The notes beneath the pieces were generated by a model that worked only from the letters and a program-made list of their open reading frames with translations, ran no database searches and was not told the origin of the DNA. DNA of 63,518 nucleotides, filler included, from Conidiobolus incongruus B7586 (Eukaryota): assembly GCA_000697335.1 (NCBI GenBank). It is 14 parts of 14 records of this genome, joined end to end, with 100 filler letters (N's around TTAATTAATTAA, not from the genome) between each part and the next. Parts side by side here need not be neighbours in the genome. Positions count along the whole stretch, not along the records: positions 37,644 to 46,419 come from JNEM01000239.1; positions 46,520 to 54,596 come from JNEM01000240.1; positions 54,697 to 62,069 come from JNEM01000241.1; 11 more parts are not named here. The stretch is one strand, 5' to 3'. Position 1 is the stretch's first letter; each line of letters opens with the position of its first letter. Position numbers and translations under genes: made by a program. Shown here one piece after another: positions 39,960 through 55,197 of this stretch.

Positions 39960-40240
39960 ATTTCATTTTAATGACTGATATCTTCCTCCTTTTTCAATAA
40001 AATAATTCCATATTATTGATAATCGTTTAACCCCTTTACATAGTTTGTTACAATTTATCTTCAAAACTATACCCCCAATTTTAAAAAGCATTGTTTAAAT
40101 GTTGCCAAATCCCTTTCTGTAAATCAAATTCCTCAACTTACCAAAACAATCATAATCACAGGGATTCATATCTGGTGAATATGGTAATAACCACCAGTTC
40201 TTTTTAATAACCAAATCGTTGATAATTCTAGCTATATGTA
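39960..40240 (-). mobile_element. Mariner transposase C-terminal fragment, comparatively unmutated
   Basis: Reads HIARIINDLVIKKNWWLLPYSPDMNPCDYDCFGKLRNLI...GVKRLSIIWNYFIEKGGRY with one internal stop. Confidence 0.88.
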
Positions 40241-42048
40241 TATAGCAAACAATATTTAAATATAGATTTATTAATTGAATTTCTTTTATATCAATTAATA
40301 ATATTAGTTTTTACAAATCAAAAAATATTTTATAATTATAATTTACTTTTGCTGATAATAGTCAAAAGGTTACTCTACTATTAATATTATATCTAATAAT
40401 ATCATTTATTTATTTTCAAATCATTTTGCTTGGGTATTAATAATAATTGAAATTATTCAACCCAATAACTTTTACTATTTATTATCATTAAATTATATAT
40501 TACAATCTATAATTCATTAATTAGAATAATTACTCAATATTGTTAAATAACTATTATAATAATTTCAAAATAAATTGGCTATATTATTTCTCTTATATAT
40601 TTTACTTTTAATCAAATTATAAGAAATATATATTTTTAATTATATAATTAATTTCAACTTATCTCTTAAAAAAGATATAATAAAATTAAAATTAAAATAT
40701 ATCAACTGTGCTAGTATTTTATAGAGAAATGTCGGTGATATTTAAGGTATTTTTTAAATTTTCATTTTTTTTTTGATTAATAAAAGACTTATAATAACTT
40801 CAATATAATAAATTTTGTATATAAAATCTTTTGGCTATAAGGTGATTAAATTATTTTGCAATATTTCAATTTGATATATTTGCCAGCAATTGCTATTTAT
40901 AGATTTTTGTTAGTAGTTGATAAAAAAATATTGTTTATAATATAATATTTTGACAAATTATTTTGTTTAATGCTGGTAAAAATTGAAATTTCATAATTTT
41001 TAGTGATATTGATTTTTGTTGAAATTTGTACAGAGATTTATATTACATATAGTGAATATAATGAATTTTAAATCATTCATGATCATTAATTATATTACTA
41101 AAATAATAGCTAAAGAATTATGATTCATAGAATAATGATTGATTTTAGCGTACCAATTTACTTTTTGACCCATAGTATATTCTCAAATATAAATATCAGA
41201 GCTATGTTATATTAAAAAATCATTAAAATACTATCGATTATAAAATTACCAAATATTAATAGTCTTTGATCAACAGAAAAGATACTGATTCTACTGGACA
41301 ATAAAAATGCACTGAGCAATTATAAGATTAATTTATCTAATTTTTGTTATATTCTCGAGAATAATCTATTTTCAAGCATAAAATAATTTTACTTCATTAT
41401 AATATATTATATTGTTGACATGTATTATACACAAGCTGATAACATTTAATGAAATAATATTATGGTGGAGTACAAACGTAAATAGGCAATTATTGATCTT
41501 GGTTAATTCAAAATATGTTCAATATCATGAATTATTGTAATATACTCTTTAATAAAATTATGTCATAGTTTATAATAGTTTTTTGATTTGTTATTAAATA
41601 TGAAAATTGAAATCCTCTTTTAAAAATAATATCACCTAAATATCTTTAATACTGATAATATTATAATATTTTAAATTACATTAATAATCAAATTGACTAA
41701 AAATCAAATATTTCATAAATAATATAAATATGAAATAATAATCTTTTGCTCCTATATTATTCTTATTATATTTAATATTATATCCTTGTGATAACAATGA
41801 ATGTATTGTATTTGGTAAGTAAAACCTTTTTTTGAAAAAATATCATTTTTAATCCTGCAAAGGACTTGCAAATATGTTAAATATAGATCAAAATTAGATT
41901 CTAACCATTGAACAATCATGATATTTCAATTTTAGCATATTTCAAAATGTGAAAAAATTCAATACTTCAACATCACATAACCATTTATCCATTTAAAATA
42001 TATATTTAAACTAATAACATTTAAAAATATATAATTAAAAATTTTCAC

Positions 42049-43881
42049 TTAATTGGATCTCGCCTTATCATACTTTGGCTTACAATTAAATTCTTTAAGA
42101 TTAGGGTTTAAAGTTTTGAAATAAAATTCGGTAACCATAGCTGGCCAAATTGCAAGCACCTATTGTAATTTAATAAATATTAAAATATACAATTAAGATT
42201 TAACAAACTACCTCTCCCTTGTCATTTTGATACCAGCTCTTACAATTCCCATGCCACACCATTGGTCTAACGCGTTTTTGGACCCATTGCCAATATGCAT
42301 CACCTACTTCAGGTTTAAGACTCACTTGAGATAAATTATGCTCCATCATTTTCGAAATCATTTTCGTAATATATTTCACTTGACATTCTATCATAAACAA
42401 CGCTGAATTGCTCGCTATTTGAGTGGTAGGACCTCCTGTGATAAAGAAGTTTGGAGTCTTGGAGTAAGTAATTCCTAGATTCAAACATGGTGATTTTTCA
42501 GGGTGGTTTAAATGAGAATCGATGTGGTCCCCATCTAAATTGCAAATATCCAAATCTTTGTACGGTGATCGATTTTGAAATCCAGTTGCTAGAATTAATA
42601 TATCTAAACTTTCTGAGCTACCATCTTTAGAGTAGATGGTATCCCCTTCAACTTTTTCAATATTACCATCATGAACTTGTAAATGCTCTTTATCAATAGC
42701 TTTATAGTAAGTATCGGAAGGAGTGATGCGTTTACATCCGAGAGGATAATTAGGAATCATCTTATCTCGTTTAGCATGATCTTTAATACTGAACTTGATA
42801 AATTGATGATTGAGCCATGTTACAACTTTACCTATCCATGAATTGGTAAAAAATCCTAATACCAAAATATCGCCCTAAAACGATTAATTAATCTTTCATT
42901 TAATTGAACAATAGATAATATTACACTCAAAAATAATAACCAATAATATATGGCATGAAAAAATGGAATCCACCTCATACAAAATTTAAAAAAATTGGAG
43001 TATCTGACTTCCATTTTTGGTATGACATAAGCTGGGGAACGTTGATATAGATGTAACTCAGATACTTTATCAATAATACCAGGTACTAATTGGACAGCAC
43101 TAAAAATTCCATGAAAAAGATACATATATTGGTTCAAATTTGGTTAATTACCTTGCTCCTGAGCCTACTACCCCTACCTTTTTACCATTAAGATCTACGT
43201 TAGGATCCCACTTTGCAGAATGCAGCAATTGCCCCTGAAATGCTTGGAACACTTTAGGGATCTTGGGTATACGAATGTACCCTACGCATCCAATTCTAAA
43301 TAGTTTTAGATGATATATTATTAATTGTTTTAATAGTTACTTACAAAATATCTACTTGATATTGGCTCACTTCGTTAGTTAGCTGGTTGCTGACTATCAA
43401 ATTCCATTTGTTTTGATCGTTATTGAATTCGGCTTTATCAACCTTAGCATTGAATAATATATTCTTTCTAAGATCATTCCTATCCGCAACCCCAGCTATA
43501 TAATTTTTAATTTCATTATAACCTGAAAAATTGCATGACCATTCTATTTCAACCTTGTCATAAACTAATAGCTTGTGGATCGTTAAAGATATATAATTAC
43601 CTGAATTGGGATAGTCATAAAATGAGTATAAATGACTGTTCACATCGCATGCACATCCAGGATACTTGTTCACATTCCAAGTGCCACCTACATCATCTTC
43701 ACCTTCAAACACAATAAAATCGTTGATATCCAAATGTTTCTTAAGAGATATAGCCATATGAATTCCGGATATACTAAATAACCATTAATAATAATAAAAC
43801 TATAAGATATATTGAAGCTTACCCAGCTCCAATAATCGCAATTTTTGGTTTAGAACCGTCCGAATAAGTTTTTACTTTCAT
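42049..43881 (-). CDS. Type I Baeyer-Villiger monooxygenase (class B flavin monooxygenase), multi-exon
   Basis: IAIIGAGISG, GGTWNVNKYPGCACD, BVMO fingerprint FQGQLLHSAKWD, second Rossmann VGVVGSGASAVQ, GCKR, ILATGF and CKSWY. Start at 43881, stop at 42051-42049. Confidence 0.93.
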
Positions 43882-46800
43882 TTTATTTCATTTGATTGAT
43901 AATTTGAATATTTTTTTAATAAGTGGTCACATTTATATACCTCCTTTAAATAAACATACAATGCCAAATATCTTCCGCTAAATGTTTGAGGATTATGAAT
44001 GGAAATTTATTTGTTTTAAGTAATTAGAGATTAACCATAAAAAGTAATTTCAATATTTGGTATTCAAGTTCCCTTTCTGATAATACAATTCAATACATAA
44101 ATGCTATCCTCCAATCACTTAACCCCTTCAGTACAAAAGCTGTAGTCTACGTTGTAATTATTCATAATTTGCTCATATTATTATAACTATTCCAAATAGA
44201 TCATTTGACTAGCATTATTATATTAAGGATCACTTTAAATCACATTATAATATTACACACGATGTTAAATTATCAGTGATAACATTCCCACATTAACGTG
44301 TACCATCAAAAAGCGATCTTGAATACTTATTACAAAAAAATCCTGTCTTATTAAAGATACAATTGTTTACCCTATTTAACCCATTATTAAAATCGACTAA
44401 TTTTAATGATTTTTTTTAAAATATTATAAATTTTTAATGATATTTTAGCAATCAATTATTATGTATAAAGAATTACCAATTATATAATAAGATTTATTTT
44501 GAATACTTACAAAGTAATATCAAAAATCTACACATAATAAAATATCATATAAATATATTTATTTTCAAAGGTTGTAATTTTCAAATTATCCTCAATATTT
44601 TTGATAATTAATTGTCTTATTATTGATTATATATTCATTTAGAATTTTGATACTAATGATTATATAAAATTCGGAATTATGGTATAATAGATATAGTTGA
44701 TGTCGAAATAATCACATTATAATTGTTTTGTTTATTAGACTAGCTTTGATATTTCTCTGGATAATTGTTAAAATATACAATTTATGACTTTATAGTTTAA
44801 AATTGATTTATTTTAGCCTTTAGATATTACAATTTGTTCCAATTTAAGGTTAATTATTTTGATATTCAAGGATATTGAAAAATCATGAAATATTCTAAAG
44901 GTATTTTCAACATTAATTATATCAACTTAATAAATTTTTTAAATTGAATAATAAAATATATTATATTTTAATAAAATTAAGTCTAATAAGTATTCTATAG
45001 ATAATAAATAATTAATGGAATATTTAAATTAACTAATAAATTAACTATTCATTCAATAATTTTAATCAATTATTCTTAACATTAATTTAGTAAATAACCT
45101 TAATATTTTAATGCTATTAATAGAATTTTAAAATAAATGAAACAATGAAATAAATTTATTATTTTTATCCAAAGATACTATATAATTGATAATATTATTA
45201 AAATACTTATGTCATTTCACTAATTGAAGTCACCTTAAAATATATGATTAAAAATGGTAATTTAATTGCTATCAATGTTTAGTGATATAGTGATATTTTG
45301 AAATAACTCTTAAAAGATTGGAACCGCTTTTTCAATATGCCGTGCAAAACTGAATTATTTAAAAGCTGTTAAATGCAAAATGTATTAATTGAAATCTTCT
45401 ATCTATATTGAAGTTTATTATCTTAAATATAATTCATTTATTTTCCTTTTTGTGAGTTTTTTAAGAGATTTTTAGGTGATTTTGAAAAGTTAATAGATAA
45501 TATCAAATTTGAGAACTATATAAATTGTTAATTCCATTGTTATATTTTTAGATACCAATTTGGCAACAAATAACAAAACACTGTATAACATCTATTAGAC
45601 GATAAAAGGAAATGAGGATAAACAAGCTAAAATGATACTTCAGGTTATTAAATACTGTATACACTCTAATCCCGCATATAAAAATCGAATTACTTAAAAA
45701 ATTTTTAAATTTCTAAAATATACTAAAATCCAAAAATATAATTTTCAATAAATAACTATGAAAAATGTTTATTTGCAATCCTGAAAATCTTAATTTTCTG
45801 ATAACATTGTGTATATTGTATTTTTGAAATATTTTATCTTTGCTAATATCTTTACTAATAATCATTAAACTCTGGATTAAATTAAAATAAAAATGTAATA
45901 CTGTTAAAGTTAGAATGAAAATTTATATTCTCAATAATATAATATCAGATAGCATTGAATTAACTTTTAAAAATCATTATTTCAGTTTTTTCAATATAGA
46001 AAAATAACAATCTCTTCATAATAAACTATTTATTAATTTGATTTTATTAGATACAAAGTTATATAAATGATATATTTTAATATAAATTATAGTTTTGTTA
46101 TAAAATCTTAAAAAAAGATTATAAAATATTATTATATCAATATAAAAATAAACTAATAATATATATTTAAAATAAAGATTAAATATAATTATTGATATAT
46201 TGCTAATAAAAGTAAATCAAAAACACAAAATTAATACTTACTTGTAATATGATTTATTTTTTACTATTTTTTTGGTAAACTTCTGATTTTTAAAAAATAA
46301 TTTTTTAATAATAATTAATATTCAATATTTTATAAACTAAATTTAATAATTAAGAAATTTTTATGGAAAATTATTTTAATTTTTAAAGAAATTATAGTTA
46401 TATAATTTATAATTTAATANNNNNNNNNNNNNNNNNNNNNNNNNNNNNNNNNNNNNNNNNNNNTTAATTAATTAANNNNNNNNNNNNNNNNNNNNNNNNN
46501 NNNNNNNNNNNNNNNNNNNATATATCAAGGATATATATTATATAACCTTATTTTTACAGATAATTTTTTAATTTTAGTTAATTAATTCAAATTATCTCTT
46601 TATTATCAATCGTCATTTTTAATATATTTTGCACTGTTGAAATATCACTATTATTATACTATATTATTAATTATAACTTATTATATTATTATAATTAATA
46701 CTATTTAATAATTTTCTTAATAAAGATTTTTTTTATTATAATTTTTAATTTTATTTTTTTAATATAGCTTGATATCATAAATATCAATTGTTTTAATTTA

Positions 46801-49800
46801 GATAAGTTTTAATAAATTTTATATTATAAACCTAACCATTTAGATAACACAATATAATAGGTTCCAAATCACCCTAAAGTAATAGAGAATATAGTTACTT
46901 TTATCTCTGATCATAGAGGTTAAATTTGAAAGCTAGCAATGATACCTAATACCAACCTTTGTATATTATATATTTATATTATTATATATATTTTAAGTCA
47001 AAATCGATAAATATTATATTAAGTTAAATCAATATTTAATATCTTTATTTCTGTTTATTATTGTAAATTTCTCAAACATAATAACTAAAGCTAATTAAAA
47101 CAAATATAGCTTCCTCTTACTAGGAATTGAAAGTAATAATTTATTGCTATATATATAAAATTACCTTATTTTACAATAGAATAAAGTAATAAAATTCCAA
47201 ATTCAAATATTCTTTCTTAATAAAAATTAATTTACTTAAATCTGATTATATTATAATTTTAAATAATATATAATTATCAAGGCCAATAACAAATATGTTA
47301 ATATTAATAATTCTTCTAATAATCCAAAGGTTTTAATTATGTCGGTTTGAAAGTTTGATATATATTTATCGATCATAATTTGATAATTAATTATAATTAA
47401 AACACATATTAATACTATATTATTATAAATTTCTAAATCTCTAATTGAAATAATTTTGTTTGTTAATTGAAAAATGCAATGATCTTCAAACAAATTGTGT
47501 TGAAATAGTAAATTTGAGGTATAATATTTACATCTTACTTTTTTATCATTGATGTAGTGTTATTATCTAATATCGAAATCTGTTATATTATTAAAATGTA
47601 TATTAAATTTTATACTAAATCTTTTTATTCTTATTTCCTAAAAAAAGATATTTTTTAGATGATATTACACTCTATTTATATTTTTATATGTTATAATTAT
47701 TATTAATTTGAAAACTTTTCAGGTATAGTTTTATTAGAAATATTTGAATTATTTTACTTGGGTAAACCAAGAGTTATTTGTTAAATGAAATTTTTTAAGT
47801 TTGAGGGTTTATATAAAAACATTCAATAACGGTTTAATATTAATTTATAACACTTAGGAGATAAGTTCATAAAAAGGCATAAGGAAATATCATAAAAAAT
47901 ATATTTATTTTAAAAAAGATGAATTTGGTAAGGTATTCAATTCTATTAATGTTTAATTTTATAATTTTCCAAATGAATTTTATGTCATAAAATTTAATAT
48001 TCCCTTATAAAAATTAAACTAAAATTTGAAATAATATAATATAATTTTCTATTTAATAATTCAAAGTATATTTACAGATTAATTATTGTTTTTGTCAATG
48101 ATATTTACACAATTATATTAATTAAAATCAAGTTCAAAAAATATAAACTATTTATATAATCTCATTTCAATAGTTTTGAATCAATTAATGTATCAAGTTT
48201 AAGTATTTAATTTGTATATGCAAGTATTATATTTAATTTGACCTTATTAATCAACAAACTAAAGTGTTTAATCAAAATATTATTAATAGTTTAAGGTTCA
48301 TCATATATAATAGAATGATACTGATATTTTGGTATCGTAATAAATAATATTATTCAATATTGTTCTATTTTTTATTGTCAATTAGGCTCTATATATTATA
48401 ACCTATATTAAAGGTATTTTGAAAATCTATATTATTTCGATATTCAATATATCAATTTTATGAGAGACATTAAGAGTTGAACAAAATAACAAATTTTATG
48501 ATTCAAAAAAGTATTATTATAATAAATATAACTCTTGATTTGTGAGATTTAAAATCTAATATTGTTCTTGAACTGTAATAATGAAGGTTATAATTAATAT
48601 TTTAAAATATAAAATTTAAATAGTTAAAATAATTTTAATCTTGTTATATTTATAACATTAAACTCTATTATGTTAATTATTATAAGTAATTTATTAATTT
48701 TATACTTTCCCTGCTTCATATATTACACGTTTTAAATCTTGCAATAATATTAAGCAAAACAATGTAAATATTTTTCGATATTCAAAAAATGTATAGTTGA
48801 AAATTATTGAAATGAAAAAAAACTATTTTTCAGTTATTTTTGTAATTAATAAATTCTTTATAGCAATAACAAAACATCAATATTATATCTATATGAATTA
48901 ACAGAAAAACACTTAATTAATAATTCGAACGAAAATAATTTATTAAGAATATATTCCATAATTATCTTATATGTAAAGGTTATAAGGTATAACTTTTCTA
49001 AATATATTACTTGAACAATACTATTATATAATAAATCACGATTGAAATTCAAGTTATAATAATAAAAAATGATAGACTATATTATAATTATGAATAAAAG
49101 TACACAGCATTCAAACCTTATTAATTCCTAAACAATTAAAATAACTGAAAGATATATTGAAGATAATATTATTAAATTTGATTTTAATTTATATTCAAAT
49201 TAATTAATTGAAAAAAGATATTGTTTTTATAAGTATATAATTGTGGTATTAATATTTTTGAAAAATTATTTAAGTTTGGATGTTAATAATTCAATTCTAT
49301 ATTTGTTATTAAATGAAAAAAGATGTATTTTATAAAACCAGATATTTTAATAATATTAGTTAATATATGTATTGATCTTACATTTCAAAATGAATTTAAT
49401 TAGAATCAAATAAATTTGTAAAGGAATTTAATATTTAATATTTATAAATAAAAACCGCAATTGTATAGGATAATTTAATAAATATCTTAATTTTTCTATA
49501 ACCACAAAGTTGAAAGAGGATATATTTTTTATTTTTCGAAATAAGCATTAAACGATGTAAATCACACCAAAATCAAAATCATTTCAAAACTTAATTATAC
49601 TAATTATATTATTTATTGATAACAAATAATGGTAAATAAAGGCAAAGTAAAATAATTGTAATGCACAAGAATGACTATGTTATAATATCATATTTTACAT
49701 TAAAGTAAATAATTTCTTTTTCTAAATATTATTTATATTAAAAATTTGCACCGAAAGAGCATAATTAACCTACTAAATTGATTGCTATTATAATTTATTA

Positions 49801-52252
49801 TGATACTAAGTAATGTACTGAATATCAATTACTACAAAAAGCTGTTTAAAAACATTGATAACTTCTGATTACCAATAGTAATATCAGTATAATCATTGAA
49901 ATTTTAAATAATATTTGAATATGAATTTATCGAATTGATAATACCTTAATTGATACAAAACAAAAATATGTTAGATGATATTTAATATACTATATTGATA
50001 TTGAGTGATAAAAACCAGCTTCATTTATACTTTTACTTATTATAATGTTGAACTATCATTAGTGTATTGATCAAATCTTATAATATTAAAAATTATATGA
50101 TTCAAATAGTTCTATTATTTAACAACTAATGCTCTAAATTATAAAATATGCAAATATAAATATCAAATTAATCAAAAATTTATAATTATTTAATTAGTTT
50201 ATATTTCTTACATATTTACTCATCACCAATAAATAATAAATTCTATATTTTATTATAATTGTATTATTATAATCTAGTATTTTACCGCTATTTATCATAG
50301 TAAAAACGATATTATTTTTTACAGTTTATTTATATTTGAGTCAATCATATTATAAAACTCGGATATTAATACACGAATTATATATATATAATAATTTGTA
50401 AATGCGAAATAAAAATTTAATATTTTGAGGTATAAAATTTTATTAATATTCTAATAATATTTAAGAAAAATATTATTTAATGTTAATTAATTTATATTGG
50501 TTTAGGATATTTTATGATGATTTGATAATGCATTCTTACTAATACTAATATGAATTAAAAATCAATATATACCTTAATAAACTAATTTGAAATTAATTTA
50601 TGATATATTATGGGTTATTGAAAGAAATTACAAATGGCAATAAATATATTATATATAATTTGACAGATGGTTTCTTTAATAATAATCATTAAAAATAAAA
50701 CTGGTGCTGATTTTGAGCTAAATTTATTGTTATTTTATGAGGAGAAAACCTGTAAAGAAATGTTTATTAAAACAGTAATGAATGATGATCAGATAATTGA
50801 TAATTATTTCAAATTGAATAAAATATAATTATTATATCATAATATGCAAATAATATAAAAATCATTTTAAGTTGTAGCCAGTTTATAAATAATTAAGTTT
50901 TACTTCGAAAATAATAATTCAATTTGGAATTGATATGAAAATATTTTTACCAATATTGATGTTAAAAAATAATGTAATATATCAGATTATAAAAAATTAT
51001 ATTTGATTTAAAAAGTAGATTATATATATGAAATTGCATAAAAATAATATTTAGATATAAAAGATGATTTATTAAGCATAATATTGATCATATAATTTCA
51101 ATAAACATTATAATAACATAATATCTCATATGGCATATATTTAATCTAAAAAATATAATTCAGGGAATAGATTGTTTAACCAATATTATCATCTTATCCA
51201 AAAATTTTTATTTTCAGACAAACCAATCGTAGCGAAATAAATTCAAAATAATTATTTGATTACTCCATATATTAAATATAATTAGTGGAAATTGATAATT
51301 ATAAACAGTCTAGATTTATAATAAAACTATATAGTATTAGTATCTTGGACTAATTTTCAAAATTGATCAGAAAAGGATTAAATATAGAGATTATCAGAAT
51401 TGAATAGGAATAATATTTTAAAATAATAATTTCTTATTTGAAGTTGAATTGATTTGTATTAAATAAAATAATAATTGTTTGAATACGTAGACTCCTCCTT
51501 GTTTCCTTTTTTGAATCAATAAAGATCGTCAATATAGAATATTACAATGATATAATCATATTTTTATAATCATTTATTCTATAAAATACAATTATAAATG
51601 CGAATTGTTAACGTATTTAAAATGACAATATATTATAAATTATCTTCTTAGCAATATAAATTAAAAAGATACTGAATATCTGACCTGTATCAATATACCA
51701 TGTGATATCAGAGATCGAATAATTAATCTGATAATTAACTAGTTTCATCAAAGGTCTTTTATTTGAATTGCCCCTTTTCGTGGAATTAAGGGGAACCAAT
51801 AATCATGCAAACTTAAGTGTTTAAAGATGCACCAAATTAAACAAAACATGTTAATTGAAAAATTACACACTATTTCACTCCCAAGTATTAATTTAATTAT
51901 TTAATTCCTCATGAGTTAGCTGCTTATGATTAAATAATTAAAGAGTTTATATTCAAATAAGGGGCAGGGGAATGGTTAAGAAGTGTAGTAATGACAAATA
52001 TCGAATTCAATATTATTGGCCAACATTCAATCTCCTGATCAACTAGAAATTCAAGGTTTGAAATCATATTTAAGCCAAAATTCTCTTTGTAGGAAAAAAC
52101 TAGTTATATAGCTTTATTATCATAAACCACTCTTATTTTGTGAACCCGCTCTGGAGCAACTGATTACACAATAGCTGTATCTTTATCGAGTTTGCCTTTT
52201 TGCAAAAGTAAAATTCACTATTCAACTATCCCATTGAACCAATCTTTACAAA

Positions 52253-53245
52253 ATGAATACAATAATGAATAATCCTAACACCGGATATGGTCAACATCCG
52301 TCCTATCCACTTTCATATTCCCAGAATCCCAATCTACCATCTAATGATATCAACCATTCGAATGGAATGATGAATTCACATTACTCACAGTTAAACAACT
52401 CAAGTTACTCCCATCATCAGCATCAAGTACACAATACTCAGGCTCTTGAGCAAGACCAGGAGCAAGACCGCCACCAATCTAATTCTGTCATGCAAAGCTA
52501 TTCATCCATACACCAACAATCTCCTACAACTCCTCGTGGAACTGTCAGGGACAGAAATGATTCAGAGGATCCCGATTCCGAAGAAAACTCGAGTAAATTA
52601 GATGACACAAAGGGAAGAAGAAAGATCAGAATCGAGTATATAGAAGATAAAAGTCGTCGTCACATCACTTTCAGCAAGCGCAAAGCTGGAATTATGAAGA
52701 AGGCATATGAGCTAAGCACATTGACTGGAACTCAAATTCTGTTATTGGTGGTCTCTGAAACTGGATTAGTCTACACATTTACTACCCCAAAATTGCAACC
52801 ATTGGTCACTAAACCGGAGGGAAAAAATATTATCCAAAGTTGCTTAAACGCTCCAGAGCCTTTAGGTGATGCTTCTGCACCACCTCCAATGGCGAGATCT
52901 AATACAGCTCCCATGTACTTGGACAACTCAGCCTTACCATCTGATGTCCACTACGAGGACCCCAAAATGAGTCAAACACCACACAACCACCCTTACTCTA
53001 ATATGGCAAATATGCAATACCCTCAGTACCCTTTGTCAAGCCCCCATCCAATGAGTGCATCGGCGTATCCAAGCTATTCTTCCAGTGTACCTCCAACAAC
53101 CCAGTCAGGATATATAACACCATCGGGATCTGCTCCTCATCAATACTGGCCCAGCAGCCATGATCATTCGATGAAGCACCAGCCTAACAATCATAGTCCT
53201 AATCCTAATTATAGCGTAGACACTCCTTCTCATGCCGAAGCCTAA
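52253..53245 (+). CDS. MCM1: SRF-type MADS-box transcription factor
   Basis: GRRKIRIEYIEDKSRRHITFSKRKAGIMKKAYELSTLTGTQILLLVVSETGLVYTFTTPKLQPLV...IQSCLN. Single exon with low-complexity flanks. Confidence 0.96.
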   Translation: MNTIMNNPNTGYGQHPSYPLSYSQNPNLPSNDINHSNGMMNSHYSQLNNSSYSHHQHQVHNTQALEQDQEQDRHQSNSVMQSYSSIHQQSPTTPRGTVRDRNDSEDPDSEENSSKLDDTKGRRKIRIEYIEDKSRRHITFSKRKAGIMKKAYELSTLTGTQILLLVVSETGLVYTFTTPKLQPLVTKPEGKNIIQSCLNAPEPLGDASAPPPMARSNTAPMYLDNSALPSDVHYEDPKMSQTPHNHPYSNMANMQYPQYPLSSPHPMSASAYPSYSSSVPPTTQSGYITPSGSAPHQYWPSSHDHSMKHQPNNHSPNPNYSVDTPSHAEA

Positions 53246-54696
53246 TTTATACTAACAGTATTAATTAATTTCAATTGACATGATCACAAAATTTCAAAAC
53301 TAATCTTTTAATTAAATTATTTACTCTGATTATAATAAACTACTTGATCCAAACATTATTTAATGATTATTTAATTTTTTTATAATATTTTATAGCTTGA
53401 ATTGTTCAAATATATATAAATAAAATTTTATTAAAAATATATAATACGTATTAGGAATAATGATGATCGATCCATAATTGATCATATAATATATATATTG
53501 AATTTATGTCTAATATAATATATCAATTATATACTCATTCTTTAGCTTAAATTAGGAGTGGATTAAATTTTTATTCAATTTTCATTATCACTATTCTTTT
53601 ATTATTTTAAAATTATTAAATAAATTTTGCCATTCAATATTATAAATCATAAATAATTGATATTATTACTTGATTAAAATAATATCAATTAATATTCTAA
53701 TAATCCATAAAATTAATTTATCATAAAATATATTAAAAAGATGAATATTTTTATAACTTACATTAATTTAACATAGTTTTTTCAACATAAATGTTTTAAT
53801 ATTATATATAATTATATTATTTATAATTTGAATCAATTTGAAATATTTAATATATAAAGATTAATACGAAATAATCTTATTAATCACTTAATAAAATGCA
53901 ATTACCAGATTGAATCAAGAAGTTATATTATAGAACATTTATTTCCTAAACCAGGTAATTATATTCCTTTATATTATTGAGCCATTTATATCTATAAAAA
54001 TCAATAATAAAAGATAATATAAGATTATTATTAATAATATAATAAATATATCTTTTTTATCTTTATTTCAAAAATATCTAGTCTCTAAGTTTTTTTATAA
54101 CCCTTATAATAATATTAAGTCATAATGATTATAAAATAGTTATTTTAAATAAAGAACTTAAATTAAAATAAACAATTGGTATTTTATTTATTAAAACCTA
54201 TTAATTTGTTATAACTTTATAATAACCTGTTATTTACCGCTGGTGATTCTCTGTTTAAGCTCTAAAAATCAATTTTCTTCTATAATTACAGATGTCAAAA
54301 AATTCAAATATTTAGTTAAATTAAATTTCATTGATATTAAAAATTTATATTTTGAATACTAATGCTAATATCAAAAAATATTTAATTTTTTATATTTTGC
54401 TCTATATTATTTTGATAAATATAATTTAAAATTTTATTTTAAAAATAAGATACTAAAATAATTTTAATATTGATATAAAATATTAATGATATTTATTGGT
54501 AATTATTGGTTTTAGAATTTAAAATTAATTTTAATTGAAAAATTTTTAAGTTAAAATTTATTATAAATAATAATAATTAAATTTATTTTTATATTANNNN
54601 NNNNNNNNNNNNNNNNNNNNNNNNNNNNNNNNNNNNNNNNTTAATTAATTAANNNNNNNNNNNNNNNNNNNNNNNNNNNNNNNNNNNNNNNNNNNN

Positions 54697-55197
54697 TAAT
54701 ATATAAATATTTTTATTTAATAAATATTAAATTATTTAAAAATTTCTTTTAATTAAATAAAAAGATATTTTTTATTATATATTTTTTATTATATTTATTA
54801 TTAAAAAATTATAATAAAAATTAATCTTTTAAAATTAAGTAAATTTTAAAGATTTTTTTTAACTTTAATATGATAAATCTAATATTAAATGGTTTTTTTA
54901 AATAAAATCTTATCTTCATAAGCTGTTTATAAATATTAATTGATTTTAAAGGGTTTATGGTTGAGTTTTAATAATATTAAAATAAGAAACATTTGATAAT
55001 CATTATTTAAGTAAAATTAAATTTAACCTAAAATTTTCAATTAAGAATATATTAATGAAAAATTAATTATAAATAATATATATAGTTTAAAAATAATAAT
55101 TCTTGTATATATTTTATATATAATTAATTCTTCAAAACTAGTAATACGTTTGAAAAATCAGAAATTAAAATATTTGCCATTTCTTTCTAAACTAATA
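54697..55197 (-). mobile_element. Degenerate mariner-family transposon, copy C (5' end with candidate TIR)
   Basis: 54755-55030 aligns with copies A and B. 55148-55197 matches 24807-24857 and ends at a TA that abuts the P450 pseudogene. Confidence 0.7.

Noticed and set aside
46520..47960. Possible further transposon or pseudogene relics (also 38100-38950, 53930-54300, 19600-20120)
   Set aside because: Patchy GC and faint motif-like words, but no diagnostic motif could be read with confidence.
47251..49052. Short I/L/N/Y/K-rich ORFs in AT-rich DNA (also 8376-8561, 19821-20006, 51617-51799)
   Set aside because: Their composition is what chance gives in very AT-rich DNA, and they have no motifs or coding-like GC rise.
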